Of a stretch of 64,000 bases of DNA, positions 1-15,340 are shown piece after piece. Under the pieces are notes generated by a model. It was not told the DNA's origin. It saw nothing but the letters and a program-made list of their open reading frames with translations, and ran no database searches. This DNA comes from the human T2T-CHM13v2.0 reference genome, Homo sapiens, in assembly GCF_009914755.1 (NCBI RefSeq), contig NC_060934.1; one strand, given 5' to 3'. Position 1 is the stretch's first letter. Each line of letters opens with the position of its first letter. The translations under genes and the position numbers were made by a program.

Positions 1-805
1 AGTGTGGGTGTGTGTGGGTGTATGTGTGGATGGGTGGATGGATGGGTGTGAGTGTGGGTGTGTGTGGGTGTATGTGTGGATGGGTGTGAGTGTGGGTGTG
101 TGTGGGTGTATGTGTGGATGGGTGATGGATGGGTGTGAGTGTGGGTGTGTGTGGGTGTATGTGTGGATGGGTGGATGGATGGGTGTGAGTGTGGGTGTGT
201 GTGGGTGTATGTGTGGATGGGTGATGGATGGGTGTGAGTGTGGGTGTGTGTGGGTGTATGTGTGGATGGGTGGATGGATGGGTGTGAGTGTGGGTGTGTG
301 TGGGTGTATGTGTGGATGGGTGATGGATGGGTGTGAGTGTGGGTGTGTGTGGGTGTATGTGTGGATGGGTGGATGGATGGGTGTGAGTGTGGGTGTGTGT
401 GGGTGTATGTGTGGATGGGTGATGGATGGGTGTGAGTGTGGGTGTGTGTGGGTGTATGTGTGGATGGGTGGGTGGATAGATGGGTATGAGTGTGTGGGGG
501 GGGGTGTATGTATAGATGGGTGGATGGATGGGTGTGAGTGTGTGTGTGTATGGCTGTGGGGTGGGTGTGAGTGTGGGTTGAGTGGATGGATGGGTGGATG
601 GATGGGTGTGAGTGTGGGTGTGTGTGGGTGTATGTGTGGATGGGTGGATGGTCGGGTGTGTGCATGGGTGTGTGTGGCTGTGGGGTGGGTGTGTGGCTGT
701 GGGGTGGTGTGAGTGTGGGTGTGTCGCTGTGGGGTGGTGTGAGTGTGGGTGTGTGTGGCTGTGGGGTGGGCGTGAGTGTGGGTGTGAGTGTATGGATGGG
801 TGGGT
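1..805. repeat. GT/GGAT-rich minisatellite (VNTR), 49/50-bp units, truncated by the window edge
   Basis: Unit GTGTGAGTGTGGGTGTGTGTGGGTGTATGTGTGGATGGGT(G)GATGGATGG is regular to ~470, then degenerate. Confidence 0.93.
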
Positions 806-924
806 AGGAGGCTGTTGGGATTTCCTGATGACTCATCTGTGCACTTGAAGGGGCAGGTGCCCCCCAGGGTTTCAGAGCACCAACTCCACAGCCTCACAAT
901 GCCTGAAATTAAATCTTGCTTCTA

Positions 925-1095
925 ACACAGGGCTCAAGTCACTTCACCTTGTCGTCCAGTCTCCTCATCTGTGAAAGTGGGGCAATAAAAGCAGCTATGC
1001 CAGTGGGCTGTTGAATGCCAGTGGGCTGTTGAAGGATTAGGTGAATTAACACACGCAAAGAACTTAACATTTTCTGTGCCTGCCACACAGTCTGA
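925..1095 (+). mobile_element. MIR fragment
   Basis: Core-like ctcctcatctgtgaaagtggggcaataa...gaaggattaggtgaattaac. Confidence 0.6.
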
Positions 1096-2729
1096 ACTCA
1101 TACACCTATCATCGCGAGTCAGTTCAGAACCAGCTAAAGAACACTGGGTTTGCCTCCTCCTGTACGTGGGATGAGTAAGTCCCATCTGAAAATGCTTCCC
1201 AGGAGAAGACCTTCAGCACTAAGACTCTGCAACAGCCCCAAACCTGTCCCAGCTGGTCCCAGAACCAAATATCTCACCAAGTGATTCCAGGACTGGAAAT
1301 ATTTTGTGGGTTAGCAGATTGGAAAAAATAATAATAAACTACTTGTAGAATCATACTTAATAGTGTGAATGCTCAAAACTAGATTTTAGTAAAAAAAAAA
1401 ATAAGCTACTTGTGGAATGAAAATGCTCAAAACTAGATTTGAGTTTCTCAAGTGAATCCAGCCACTGTCCTCTGCAAAGTCTTAGACTCTGCTTTAAATG
1501 TGTGTCCTCTTTAAAGAGTCTGTATCGTCATCTAAAACTCTCCTCACCGCACAAGTAAATACAGAAATCCCAAGGCGAAAGGACAGATTAGCCACATGGG
1601 GGTGGAGAAAAATCTGAGCCAATATCTGAAAAATGTTAAGATCATTTAGAGCCATTTAGAAATAGTATTTCCATTAAAGATCTGAACATCCTGTATGATT
1701 TAGGCCATCCCCGATGCAAGAGCAAGGAACCAATCACAACATGAGTATACATGGGTTTTCTGCATGGACTCCCCCAGCCAAGGATATAATGATTCTCGCT
1801 CTCACACTTGCCATCCATACAGCCACCCTTAATGAAATGTCGGTACAAATCATTTTCCCGACACCAGATTATCATTAATGAGTTTCAGAAACTACTTAAG
1901 TTAGAGAGATACACTGCAACCGTGTGCACATGAAAAGCCAATACACAGTTGGTGTTTAAACAGTTTCCAAAACATATCATGAGAAATAACTCAGTAATCC
2001 ACGTTGGATGTGTGCAGATGATATACTACAAAAATACCCTGAAAGCTCAGGAACTCCAGAATTTGAAAAATAACTTCACTCAGCAAACATAGGAAAGACT
2101 TTTTAAAAAGGGAAATCTGTACTTAAATAAAGTAGAATAATTAGGATGAACTTTCAGCCTATACAACTATGCCTTCTCAGAAAATAATTTCCATGTTTCC
2201 AGGGAGGAACAATGATCCAGCTTTACTTGCAGGAGAAGTCTTCTCCCATCTGGTTTATGTGTAGAAAAATCTGAAAGAGGGACAAATGAGCCGATTTGGA
2301 AACAGATACTAACGCCCTTCAACACAGTAAGGCCTTCCCTCATGTGAGGGTTTTCCAGGGTTTCTTCCATATAAAGATGTAATTTCATAAACTTAATCTA
2401 ATAAATTCAATGATATGGAGCAACCTGTAATCTGTCATTGACTAGTCTCATCAAAATGTGAAGACAAACTTTGTGACTTCTTTGGACCATGGTCAAGTGA
2501 CCTGCTAACTTAATGCGCAACATTTTTTATAGGAATTCACCATAGCTAATGTTTACAACTCAGAGGACTAAACTGTCCTTAAGTCATTTGCTGGTATGTA
2601 TAAACAATGCAACCCTTTTTTTTTTTAAAGGTATCCTTTCTAAATAAACCCTTTATTGTGTAAGTATTTAGAAAAAGATACATTTATGCATTTATAACTT
2701 CATTAGTTAAATAATTAAAATCCAATCAA

Positions 2730-3013
2730 GGCTAGGTGTGGTGAATCACACTTATAATCTCAGCACTTTGGGAGGCTAAGGCAGGAGGATCACTTGAGCC
2801 TAGTAGTTTAAGACAAGCCTGGACAACACAGTGAGACCCCATCTCCACAAAAAATTTAAAAGTCAGCAGGCACAGTGGGACACACCTGTAGTCCCAGCTA
2901 TTGTGGAGGCTGAGGTGGGAAGATCACTTGGGCCCAAGAGGTCAAGGCTGCAGTGAGCCATGATTGCACCACCGTACTCCAACCTGGGCAACAGGTGAGA
3001 TCCTGTCTCAAAA
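2730..3013 (+). mobile_element. Alu (AluJ-like)
   Basis: Dimeric Alu with gaggatcacttgagcc and gaggtcaaggctgcagtgagccatgatt. Confidence 0.9.
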
Positions 3014-3080
3014 CACACACACACACATACACACATACATACATACATACATACATACATACATACATACATACATACAT
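3013..3080 (+). repeat. (CA)n/(TACA)n compound microsatellite in the Alu tail
   Basis: Direct reading of the sequence. Confidence 0.92.
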
Positions 3081-3760
3081 TTGAATCGAAGGCTGTGTTT
3101 GAGTCCGAGGAGGGAGCTGTTCTGTTTTTCAGATTTCTGGAAGGGAGACGCACTTCACCACCAATCCGCATGACCTCACTTCCTTCCACACTGTATGCTT
3201 TTCTGACAGATGTGCTCAACATATTAGATGCTGTATCATCGGCATCTACTACGTAGGCAGATCTGGATGTCCTGTCTCTCTCTCTCCAGCACTTGGGAGG
3301 GAATTCTTTTTCCTAACCTCCCTTGCTGTGGCAGAAACATGCAACTAACTTCCTGTCAAGGGGTTCTGAGCAAAAATGGCATTTGTCTCTTGCGAGCCAG
3401 AGCAGATGACTGCTGGTCCGAGACCTCCAACCCTGCTCTTCTCACTCACAACAAACCCTGCAGGATGGTGCACAACGACTCCATGCTACGGTGATTTGTA
3501 GACGTTTCCTGCCCAGGCCACTGAGATTCTGAAGTGATGTGTTGCTGCACTATAACCTAGTCCTCTCTGTCTAGTATTCAAAATAAGAATCTTGACCCAA
3601 ATTTTAGAGCGGCCATATCCTTATAAATAGGACTTCAAATCCCAGGAACCAGACAGTATGTGAGATCTACAAATGTTGCCCCATTGTTTCCTGAATACTT
3701 TCAGGAAGATATTGATCAATTCATCAAAAATCCAGATGAATCTCGAAAACAAAATCCTAC

Positions 3761-3860
3761 CAGAATCAAGGTCTCCATTTCCATTAGCTGAGCCGAGACA
3801 CTTTTCCAAGGGTGAAGATGAAGGGTCTTGCATATTGGAAGCTGACAAAGTGCTCTCCAT
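3761..3860 (-). CDS. SFMBT2: First coding segment of Scm-like with four MBT domains protein 2 (33 codons + 1 nt, phase-1 intron)
   Basis: Translates [33 protein letters not shown], which I recognise as the SFMBT2 N-terminus; strong Kozak GGC-ATG-G; in-frame TGA upstream at 3893-3891; donor CTG|GTAGGA at 3761/3760. Confidence 0.95.
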
Positions 3861-3911
3861 GCCTGATGAGCAAGTGTCTCTTCTCTTAATTCATCCTGCA
3901 GAAAAAATTAC
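3761..3911 (-). other. SFMBT2: SFMBT2 exon 2 (151 nt: 51 nt 5'UTR + 100 nt CDS)
   Basis: Acceptor T-tract...GATTGCTCTTAG|G (AG at 3913-3912); donor at 3760-3759; alternative acceptor TTTTTTCTGCAG|G would start the exon at 3895. Confidence 0.85.
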
Positions 3912-4089
3912 CTAAGAGCAATCAAAAAAAAAAAAATCAGAGCAGTTTAATCATATTGACTATATTCACTTATTTTTAATTTTTTTTAAAAAAAACCTTA
4001 TTAGTGCCACTACCATTTCATTATAACTTTCAAGATGCAACATAATGTTGTAATAGAAAATACCAGGAATAAGTATTCTAGTACACTGA

Positions 4090-4385
<296 letters not shown>

Positions 4386-5176
4386 TTAATTAGTTAAAAA
4401 GACTAATGAGTACATCTCTACACAGGTCAACAATAAAGGTCTCGGCGTAGCAAAACCATCCGTGTTCTAGAGGTCATTATCACCACTAAGATGGACACAT
4501 ATTTCACGAACAGAAACTTGCATTTCAGTCCTCGATCCACCATGGCAACATTGGTAAGACACTCCCCCCGCCTTGAAGCTATGTAGCAGCAACCTCCACC
4601 CCCCACACAACCTCAGCATCCCACGCGCAGGTACTGCAACACGCAGTGCCCTGCCTCAGGAAGAAGTCCTCACGTGTTACACATGATCTGTTACCAAAAC
4701 CAGTTAAAGTATCGATGTTTGTCAATAATGTGCTTTTTCACAAAGCAGAAATGGAGACAAGACTTTCCCTACGATAGCACTGCTATTCCCCGCTTGTCTT
4801 CTAATAAGACTGCTGGAAAAAGCAGCAACATTAGAGCTGGTTCCCACAGAATCCTACTCTCCAGCTCCTTTATGTCAGGGCCCAGGAGATACCAGGAGTA
4901 ATCGTTAACCATCGAGCAGCCATACCTGGCTCCGATGCTCAGACACAGCTCACATGGTGTTTTTAAACCACCACGACCACATGGTGTTTCTCTCATTCAT
5001 TCAATGTTCTATGTCACACATAGAGAGAAGTTTAAATCAGCCAACAGGAAAGTAGAGATGAAGAAACAAAAGAATATAATGCACCTGTATCTATCAATGG
5101 GATATTTTGTGACTCACATACTGGTAAAATATCTTTTAAAAAACATTCGGAGGTTTTGTCAAAATTGAAGATTCAT

Positions 5177-5316
5177 GCCAGGTGCAGTGGGTAGCCTACC
5201 TGCACCTGTCATCCCAGCTACTTGGGAGGCTGAGGCGGGAGGATCATTTGAGCTCAGGAGTTCATGGTCAGCCTGGGCAATGTATTGAGACCCCCATCTC
5301 TAAATAAACAAAAAAC
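5177..5316 (+). mobile_element. FLAM-type free Alu monomer
   Basis: Single ~130-bp monomer ending in gagacccccatctc plus an A-rich tail. Confidence 0.75.
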
Positions 5317-5868
5317 AGGAGGTTCATGAAAGAGCATGTTACTCATTTGTGCAATGGGAGAGAAAAAGCTGGAAACTCATGCCAGGAACAAGTAGGAAGA
5401 GATGGGAAATGTACCAGGTACATAGCACTGAAATTTAATTCAAAGTGCATTGAGCTATCCACCTGTTGTATTTAACGTACTATACCAGACACTGTGGAGA
5501 GGACAGGAAGCTACTTCTCAACCACAGTACAAAGAAAGAAAATACCTGTTTCGGAGAATGAACCATAAAACTATCCGGAGTGGGTCGGCAAACAGCAATC
5601 TAGGCATTTTGCTACTACAAAGATAAGTTCTTGACTAAGCCAAGGGAATGACAGTGCAACAGAGAAGGCCCCTGTCAATGCGAGATTATCACTCCCTCAC
5701 TTTCTCAGCACAGGGCCTTATGTTTTCTGAGACAAAAATGAGGGCACAAGGTTTGAGGCGTAGAAGTCAACATCAGTGATACAAGCAACTTAAACCAGGA
5801 CTTTCCTGATTTAAAGTGTGAGAGCTATGGGTAAAATGCAGTGTACTAGGTCCTAAACAGTTTCTTCA

Positions 5869-6257
<389 letters not shown>

Positions 6258-7677
6258 TCACTGTGGCACCGTCTGGGGCACCTCGGAGGAAGCGAGTGAG
6301 CACAATCTTAACCGTGGCCCTCTAGATGCCTAAATCTAAGGCAGGTAGTGTAAGAAAATACGGTATCTACAGAAACGACCTGAACCAAAATACAAACTGA
6401 GTTTGCTTCGTTCATAATGAAAATGAAATTTTTTAAATAGTGAAATCCTTTAACAGTTTTTAATAATGAAAATAACGGTTTTTTAATAAAAAAAAATGAA
6501 GTTATCTTATATCCCCAGTGAATCATCTGCAATGTAATGAGCTTAGTTTCCGAAAGCTTAGCTGGAATCGACACTAAATGAAGGAACCTTTTAACAGCTG
6601 GAGGGGTTCTAAGATTTTTGCTGTTGTTGTTAACGGAGGACATTGGTAAACTGAGCAATTTACTATGGAGGCTGGCTACATTTTACCCCTGTGGGTATCA
6701 GTTTGCTAAAAGAACCCTCCGAATGATGGACAGAGCTGCATTCTTCTAAGAGCAATCCTTCCAGATTCCTGTGATGACAGGGGCACAAAAATCTGGACGT
6801 AGGAACTACCTCCTTCACAACAATCAACCCACTGCATTGGCGGCCACAGAACTAAACATCACCTAACACCGAACTGACCTGCTCACACCTTGTCTCAGAA
6901 GGTTCCAGAGATTTCCTCCCATGAGCTGCACACAGCAGAGGAAAGGCTGCCTGCCAAGGGCACTCTAAGGTCTTCTGCGCTACACCTGGAGCTTACAGTG
7001 GGTAGCAGGACCCCCAGTTCACCTGGATTGCCCCTGGCATGCAGGGAGCGAGCACTGAGGCACTCCGTAAACAAACTACTTGTTGATAAGCAAGTGTGTC
7101 CATCCAACCAAATACCCAAGCGTCCACTGAGAATGTTCAGAGGGTACCTGGAATATTACAAAGGGTAAGATATGCACCCTCCACCCCTCACCTCTACCCC
7201 ATGTAAGGAAGCGCGGTTATGAGATGACAGGATCACGTGGTCACTGAGGAAGAGAGACAGCATCCACAGACTCCAGAAGCCACAGGTGGCATGGGCTTGG
7301 AGAGCGGAGGGTGGCAGCCCACTGTGGAATGCTCAGCTCTCCCAGCTCTCCCTCCAGTGATCACTCAGGGAAAATACCGGGAATGTGGAGGGGAGAAGGG
7401 TGTGCAACTGAAGGAAAAAGGTAGGAACTGAAACACTTGGAGCAAACAAAGGTAAACCAGGGAAGAAAAAGGGAGGAGAAAATGCCAGAATGTATCCAGG
7501 AGAAAGGGGCCTTGAAGGCATATGACGGAGCCCCAAAAACAATGATCATAACAAAAAACACAGCTCCATGAAAAGCTTAGAGCTATGGACACAGGAGTAC
7601 AAGCACGGAAAGGGCACAGGGAGAACACTCAAACGAGCTAAGGCAGGGAGGGATTCCAGTACGAAAGCCCCTCTTCT

Positions 7678-7976
<299 letters not shown>

Positions 7977-8183
7977 GCCCCTCTCCTTACAAGCTCTCAG
8001 ATTTCAAACTTTCATAGATAAGAGCAAAACCACAATCCAGGAAAAAATAATAAAAAGCGAGCAGTGTTTCACAATCCACATTTCAGCCTGGCCATCTCAG
8101 GATGGCTCATGCTCAGGGACGGCTTCCCTGTGCTGAGTGTATGTGTGTATTTTGTGGGTATGTGATTACTTTCGAGACATTTA

Positions 8184-8565
<382 letters not shown>

Positions 8566-8729
8566 TTCTGTGTATGTGAACCCACTGGTCATTGGTTAGG
8601 TGATTTGGAGTTAAAATGAATGGACTTCTCAGCAGTCTTGGGAACCTAAACCTGTTGGTAAGAGGAGGAGCTTCTGTCGCTCCAAAGAGAAGAAATGGAA
8701 GTGTTAGCATGGTAAGCATGCATTTACGA

Positions 8730-8950
8730 TCATTTTATTTTACCAACACTTACAGTGATTACTAAGTACATAATAAACATGCACTTATTTAATCCTCAGA
8801 ACTCTAGGATGTAGGTTATATTACTGTTCCCATCTTACAGATAAGCAACCTAAGGGATGAAGTCACCTGCTCAGCATCACAGAGCCGCTAGTGGTGGGGC
8901 TGCGGTTTGAACCCACACAACTGGCTCCAGAAACCACGCCCTAACCAGTC
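8730..8950 (-). mobile_element. MIR fragment
   Basis: aatcctca...catcttacagataagcaacc...ggtttgaaccca core. Confidence 0.6.
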
Positions 8951-9611
8951 AATTACAGTTCCCTTTCCCCCATTATCCACATTTCCCATAATGCAGCTAT
9001 GACTTTTATATTTTTACTTAAATCATCGATTTTTAATAACTGAGCACCTATTGTGGGGAAGGGGCAATGAAAAGAAATAAAACTAAACTAGGGAGTGGCA
9101 GGGACCCCACACAGTGTCATCTGTGAGCACTCAACACTCCTAGGCATGGAGCATTTTTCTCCAAATTAATTCCTCCTGAAAAGCTTTCCTCAAGAGCTTA
9201 CAGTAAACTTTTCTTAGCAAATTCTAAGACACATACAATTTTAAAACTAATGCCAGACAGATAAGTGCTGATACCATGCAGTTTTCTTGTGTGTGTATTA
9301 ATGGAACATCTGATTTATTTATGCCAGACACCACGTTGGGCACTGGGGACAGACATATAAATACCAGTGGCTGCCAGCAAGGACAAGTGGCTGCTAAAAG
9401 CAAGTCTGTCCGTCCAACCGCACACATAACCACCACCAAGTCCACCAAGAATGTACCTGGAATCCCACGAAGGACAAGATGCAAATATCAACAAGGATAG
9501 GAAGGCGAGCTTGGGTGGGCCGGGGGGTGCATCAAAGCGGAACAGAAAATTAGGAGAGGCTCAAGAGGAAATGCCCAGAGGAGCCGAGGATAAGAGGAAA
9601 CCAAAGGAGGA

Positions 9612-9922
9612 TGGGCATGGTGGCTCACGTCTGTAATCCCAGCACTTTGGGAGGCTGAAGCGGGCAGATCACTTGAGGCCAGGAGTTTGAGACCAGCCTG
9701 GCCAACATGGCGAAACCCTGTCTCTATTAAAAATAGGAAAAAAAAAAAAAAAAACCAATTAGCTGGGTATGGTCGTGTGCACCTGTAATCCCAGCTACTC
9801 AGGAGGCTGAGGCAGAAGAATTGCTTGAACCCGGGAGGCAGAGGTTGCAGTGAGTTGAGATGGCTCCCACTGCACTCCAGCCTGGACGACAGAGCAACTC
9901 TGTTTCAAAAAAAAAAAAAAAA
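9612..9922 (+). mobile_element. Alu (AluS-like)
   Basis: Dimer with an extended central A run. Confidence 0.9.
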
Positions 9923-10248
9923 GGTAGAAAAGCCATTAAACGTGGAGGTACCAGCAGCAAACAGCATGGCAGACCCTTGGGAAAAAGTCTAAGGTGCCTC
10001 AAGGGAGAGGGTGGGAGACAGGAACGTGGAGCAAGCGGCATCACGCCCATTCATCCCCAAATATGTACTGATCCCCCATTCCATGTCAGGCACTGTTCCA
10101 GGCATGCGAAGGCATCTGTAACAAAACAAAACAAAAAATTCCTGCCCTGGTAGAGATCTCATCCTAATTGGGAGAAAGAGCCAATGGAGTTTTTTTTTTT
10201 TTTAATTAGTAGGTGATATAGCCTGTTAGATGGTGATAAGTGCTATAG

Positions 10249-10642
<394 letters not shown>

Positions 10643-12025
10643 TGATAATTATTTACATGACAGTCAGGCAAGACCTCAGGAAGTGATATCTGAACAAAGA
10701 CTTGGGGTGAGAACAGAGAGGCAGGCTGAGCCCAGGTGAGAAGAGAATGTTTGCTACAGTAAGGGCCCGAGCCCTGCGTGTCACTCTGCAGATGGAGTGG
10801 ATGTGGCAGGGTGTTCCAGGAAGTGAAATGATCAGGTTTGTTTCAGAAAAAGCACTCAGGGAGCCATAGGCGAGATGGATGAATGGAAACAAACTAAAAA
10901 CATGGAAGTGCAGGCAAGGGTGTGAACTAAGACAGTGGAGAAGAAATGAAGGGAACAGGTCCAAGAAGTATTTGAGAGGCCCCATCAACAGAACGCCGTA
11001 GAAATTATGTTAACAAAATGCAATCTTTTCACAGCACACAGTCACAGTTCCTAGAATAAATTACTTCACTTTCCACAGCAACTAATGGAACCTATGCAGT
11101 GTCTGTGGAAACAGATAATTCTTGGGGAAACCTATCAAATATGAGAATAATAACCCACTTCACAGGAATTTCTATTTACATTCAATGGGATGTTTTTGGG
11201 GGGTTAGAGGGGCAAATCTTGGTGGTGACAACTGCTCCACCCATAAGCTTTGCAAAATAGAAACAGTATATTTTTAAAAAGCCTTTTCCTAACTACAACA
11301 CCCTAACCCCCCAAAAAGGCTATTATTAAAAGAAAGCGTATTTCCTTTTGTTTCTTAAGCTATACGTAATTTCAAGAACAAAGTAAAAGTGTCTATTAAT
11401 TAAAGTAACAGTTTTTTCCAAAGACAATACAAAAAACATTCAGAAGACTGGGCTTATAAAAGGTAACTTCCTGTTTTATACAATACACTTTGTGGTTTTG
11501 TACAAAGTTAACTCTACTATAATAGGCTCCTTTTGTCTCTGTTGGACAACAGAATTCTAGTACTGGAACTTCTTACAAGAGTTGTCTTGGACCAGTGAAA
11601 AGAACAGAGAGCTTGCAGAATAAGGGAATAACAAGCTATGTGGCTGTGTGACATAAACAAATTACTTAACCTCTCTACTCCTTGAATTTCTCATCAGTTC
11701 AATCAGAAAGCTTGATGAGATGCAATCACCCCTTTCAAATCTAAAATTTTATCAATCCAGGTGTTATTATGATTCATTGTACATTTTCTGCATTCAGATT
11801 ATCCCTTTATGTTTGAAGCAAATTTAATACAATAAGCATCCTCCCCTCTCAACCCTATCTTTCCTTCTCCTTTCACTTGAGGTATAGTCAAAGAATAGAG
11901 TAATGCTAGCACAGGCTAAGCAAAGCCTTGTTAGGAAGAACACGAGTGAGAAAGAACATGCATTAGATATTACTCTTCAACTAGCCAAACATAACTGGGG
12001 GCTCATTATCTATGTTGAATGCATC

Positions 12026-12212
12026 TAGACCAGCACTGCCTGATCTATATCTGCTTGGTCCAGTACAGTAACCACTAGCCACACGTTGGCTACAGTGCAC
12101 TGGAAGCGTATCTAGTACTGTTGAGGACCTGAATTTTAATTTTAATGACCTTGAATTGAACTAGGCACATGTGGGTAGAAGGTGGGCAGCCCAGCAAGCC
12201 ACTGCACTGGAG
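12026..12212. mobile_element. MER3-like hAT-Charlie MITE
   Basis: tagaccagcactg...accactagccacacgttggcta...gcacatgtgggta...ccactgcactgga. Confidence 0.55.
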
Positions 12213-12776
12213 AGCCGTATTTGAGGGCTTGGAACATGTCCTAAACAACCATCAATTCTTGGCTGTCTTAAAAGTTTTAATGTAATAATGTCAAGCTAGT
12301 TAAAACTCATGAATTTTTAAATCTAAGAAACTTCAAAAGGAGACTTAACAGTTTCCCCCTAATATTCCACAAATGATTCACGGCAAACTTCCTAACACAG
12401 CATAGGTTTTTATTAAATCAGCTGCATTTTTATATCAATGGAAAATGTCAAAGGAGAAACATCTTAGAAACTATTACGTGTGTCATACAAAGACTATTTG
12501 CTTTTTTTCATTCATTTATAAATTCAGGAAAATCATTCCGCCTCAAAAATGTAGTCATGTACCAAGTTTTTCTATAAAGAAAAAAAAGTCCATGAATATG
12601 GCTATTAATAAATCAGTTAAATGTCAGTGGCTTATAGACACTTATTAAAAGGGGAAAAGTTTGCTCAAGTCTTATGACTCCTCATTACCCATTTGCCTCT
12701 AACTAGACACTACAGAACAGTAATCTGAGACTGTAAAATTTAAATGCATCAAATCAATCATTTTAAATAGAACTCA

Positions 12777-13090
<314 letters not shown>

Positions 13091-13145
13091 CTGAAGAGTA
13101 ATAATACAAAGACCAACAAGAAAGCCACTGAAAGAGTAGCACAGT

Positions 13146-13460
<315 letters not shown>

Positions 13461-13589
13461 TCACATGACTCTGGAGGGCAATGGCCGTGCCACTGGAAGA
13501 CTTCCCCCTACGTCCACCCAGGTGACTGCAAAATTGATTCACTTTGCAAACGATGTGTCCCACTTTGACTTTTTCAACAACATTTAGTT

Positions 13590-14130
13590 TTTTCCTTCCT
13601 ATAAGAGATAGACATGCTCTTGGTAGAAATCTTGAAAAGTAAAATTATAAAGAAAGAAATTAAAATCACTTGTAATTCTAATACTCAGTGATAATCAATT
13701 TTATGTTTCTATAGTATCTCCTCCTGATAGTTTCTCTGTGGATTTTGTTGTTGTTGTTTAGTTCACAGAGAATTCGGAATTCCAATCCATTTTTTCATTT
13801 TGCATTACACAGAAGGAATTTCTCGCGTCATTAAGATTCTCTGAAAACATGACTTGAAATGGTTGGATAATTTTTATTATAAAATGAATAAGGTCATGTA
13901 TTTACCATGCCTCTGCTGCCGCCCATTAAAGCTGTTTATATTATTTTTTCACCATGGTAAGTAGCACTCTAGTCACGACTCTCAGTCAGAAATCCTACAT
14001 CTCTGATGTCTCCTTAATGTAGAATCCCAGAAGTTAAATTATAGGGTCAAAAATATGGGGACACAGTTGAGGCTCATGACCCCCCTGAAAACATGCTCTC
14101 AAGTCCGCTAAGCTGGTTTACTAGCAGGGC
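13590..14130 (-). mobile_element. Old L1M fragment(s)
   Basis: Resembles reversed L1M 3' sequence (tagaatcccagaagttaaattatagggtcaaa). Confidence 0.4.
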
Positions 14131-14167
14131 AGGAGAAAACATCTAAACCCTTTATACCTTTTCTTTA

Positions 14168-14557
<390 letters not shown>

Positions 14558-14941
14558 CTACGTTGGTATCTGTGATGGATTTTTAAGAGATCTAGATTAT
14601 TTTATCTCACAAAACTATTGCAAATATTTTTCCCAGTCTACCTTTTCGTGGTTTCTTTTGACAAGAGAGAATGTTTTTCTTTTTCAACTTAGTCAGATCT
14701 ATCAATTTGCTTTATTTCTTCTAAAACTTGTAAAAGGTCTTCCCCTACCCTAAGATACCAGAAGTCTAACTTTTTTGGGATTTCAAGTTTTACATTCACT
14801 GTTTTAACATACAGGGAATTTACACTCAAATATTTCATCAGTTACACCTCTCAGTTCATCCTCCTCACAATTAAACAATCCACTCCTATCTCATTAGATG
14901 TTTATATCCTGTCTATCCTATATATACAAGTATGTGGATAG

Positions 14942-14943
<2 letters not shown>

Positions 14944-14987
<44 letters not shown>
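14944..14987. repeat. (TA)22 microsatellite at an Alu tail
   Basis: Direct reading of the sequence. Confidence 0.93.

Positions 14988-15340
<353 letters not shown>

Noticed and set aside
2-848. 236-aa and overlapping Val/Gly/Cys/Trp-rich ORFs
   Set aside because: Translation of the GT-rich VNTR, which lacks stop codons by composition
3411-3425. GCTGGTCCGAG resembling a Y RNA 5' end
   Set aside because: Only ~11 nt match; no rest of the Y RNA or poly-U/A tail
3621-3760. C-terminal half of the 79-aa ORF ([10 protein letters not shown]...)
   Set aside because: Read-through into intron 2 past the donor at 3760; not SFMBT2 protein
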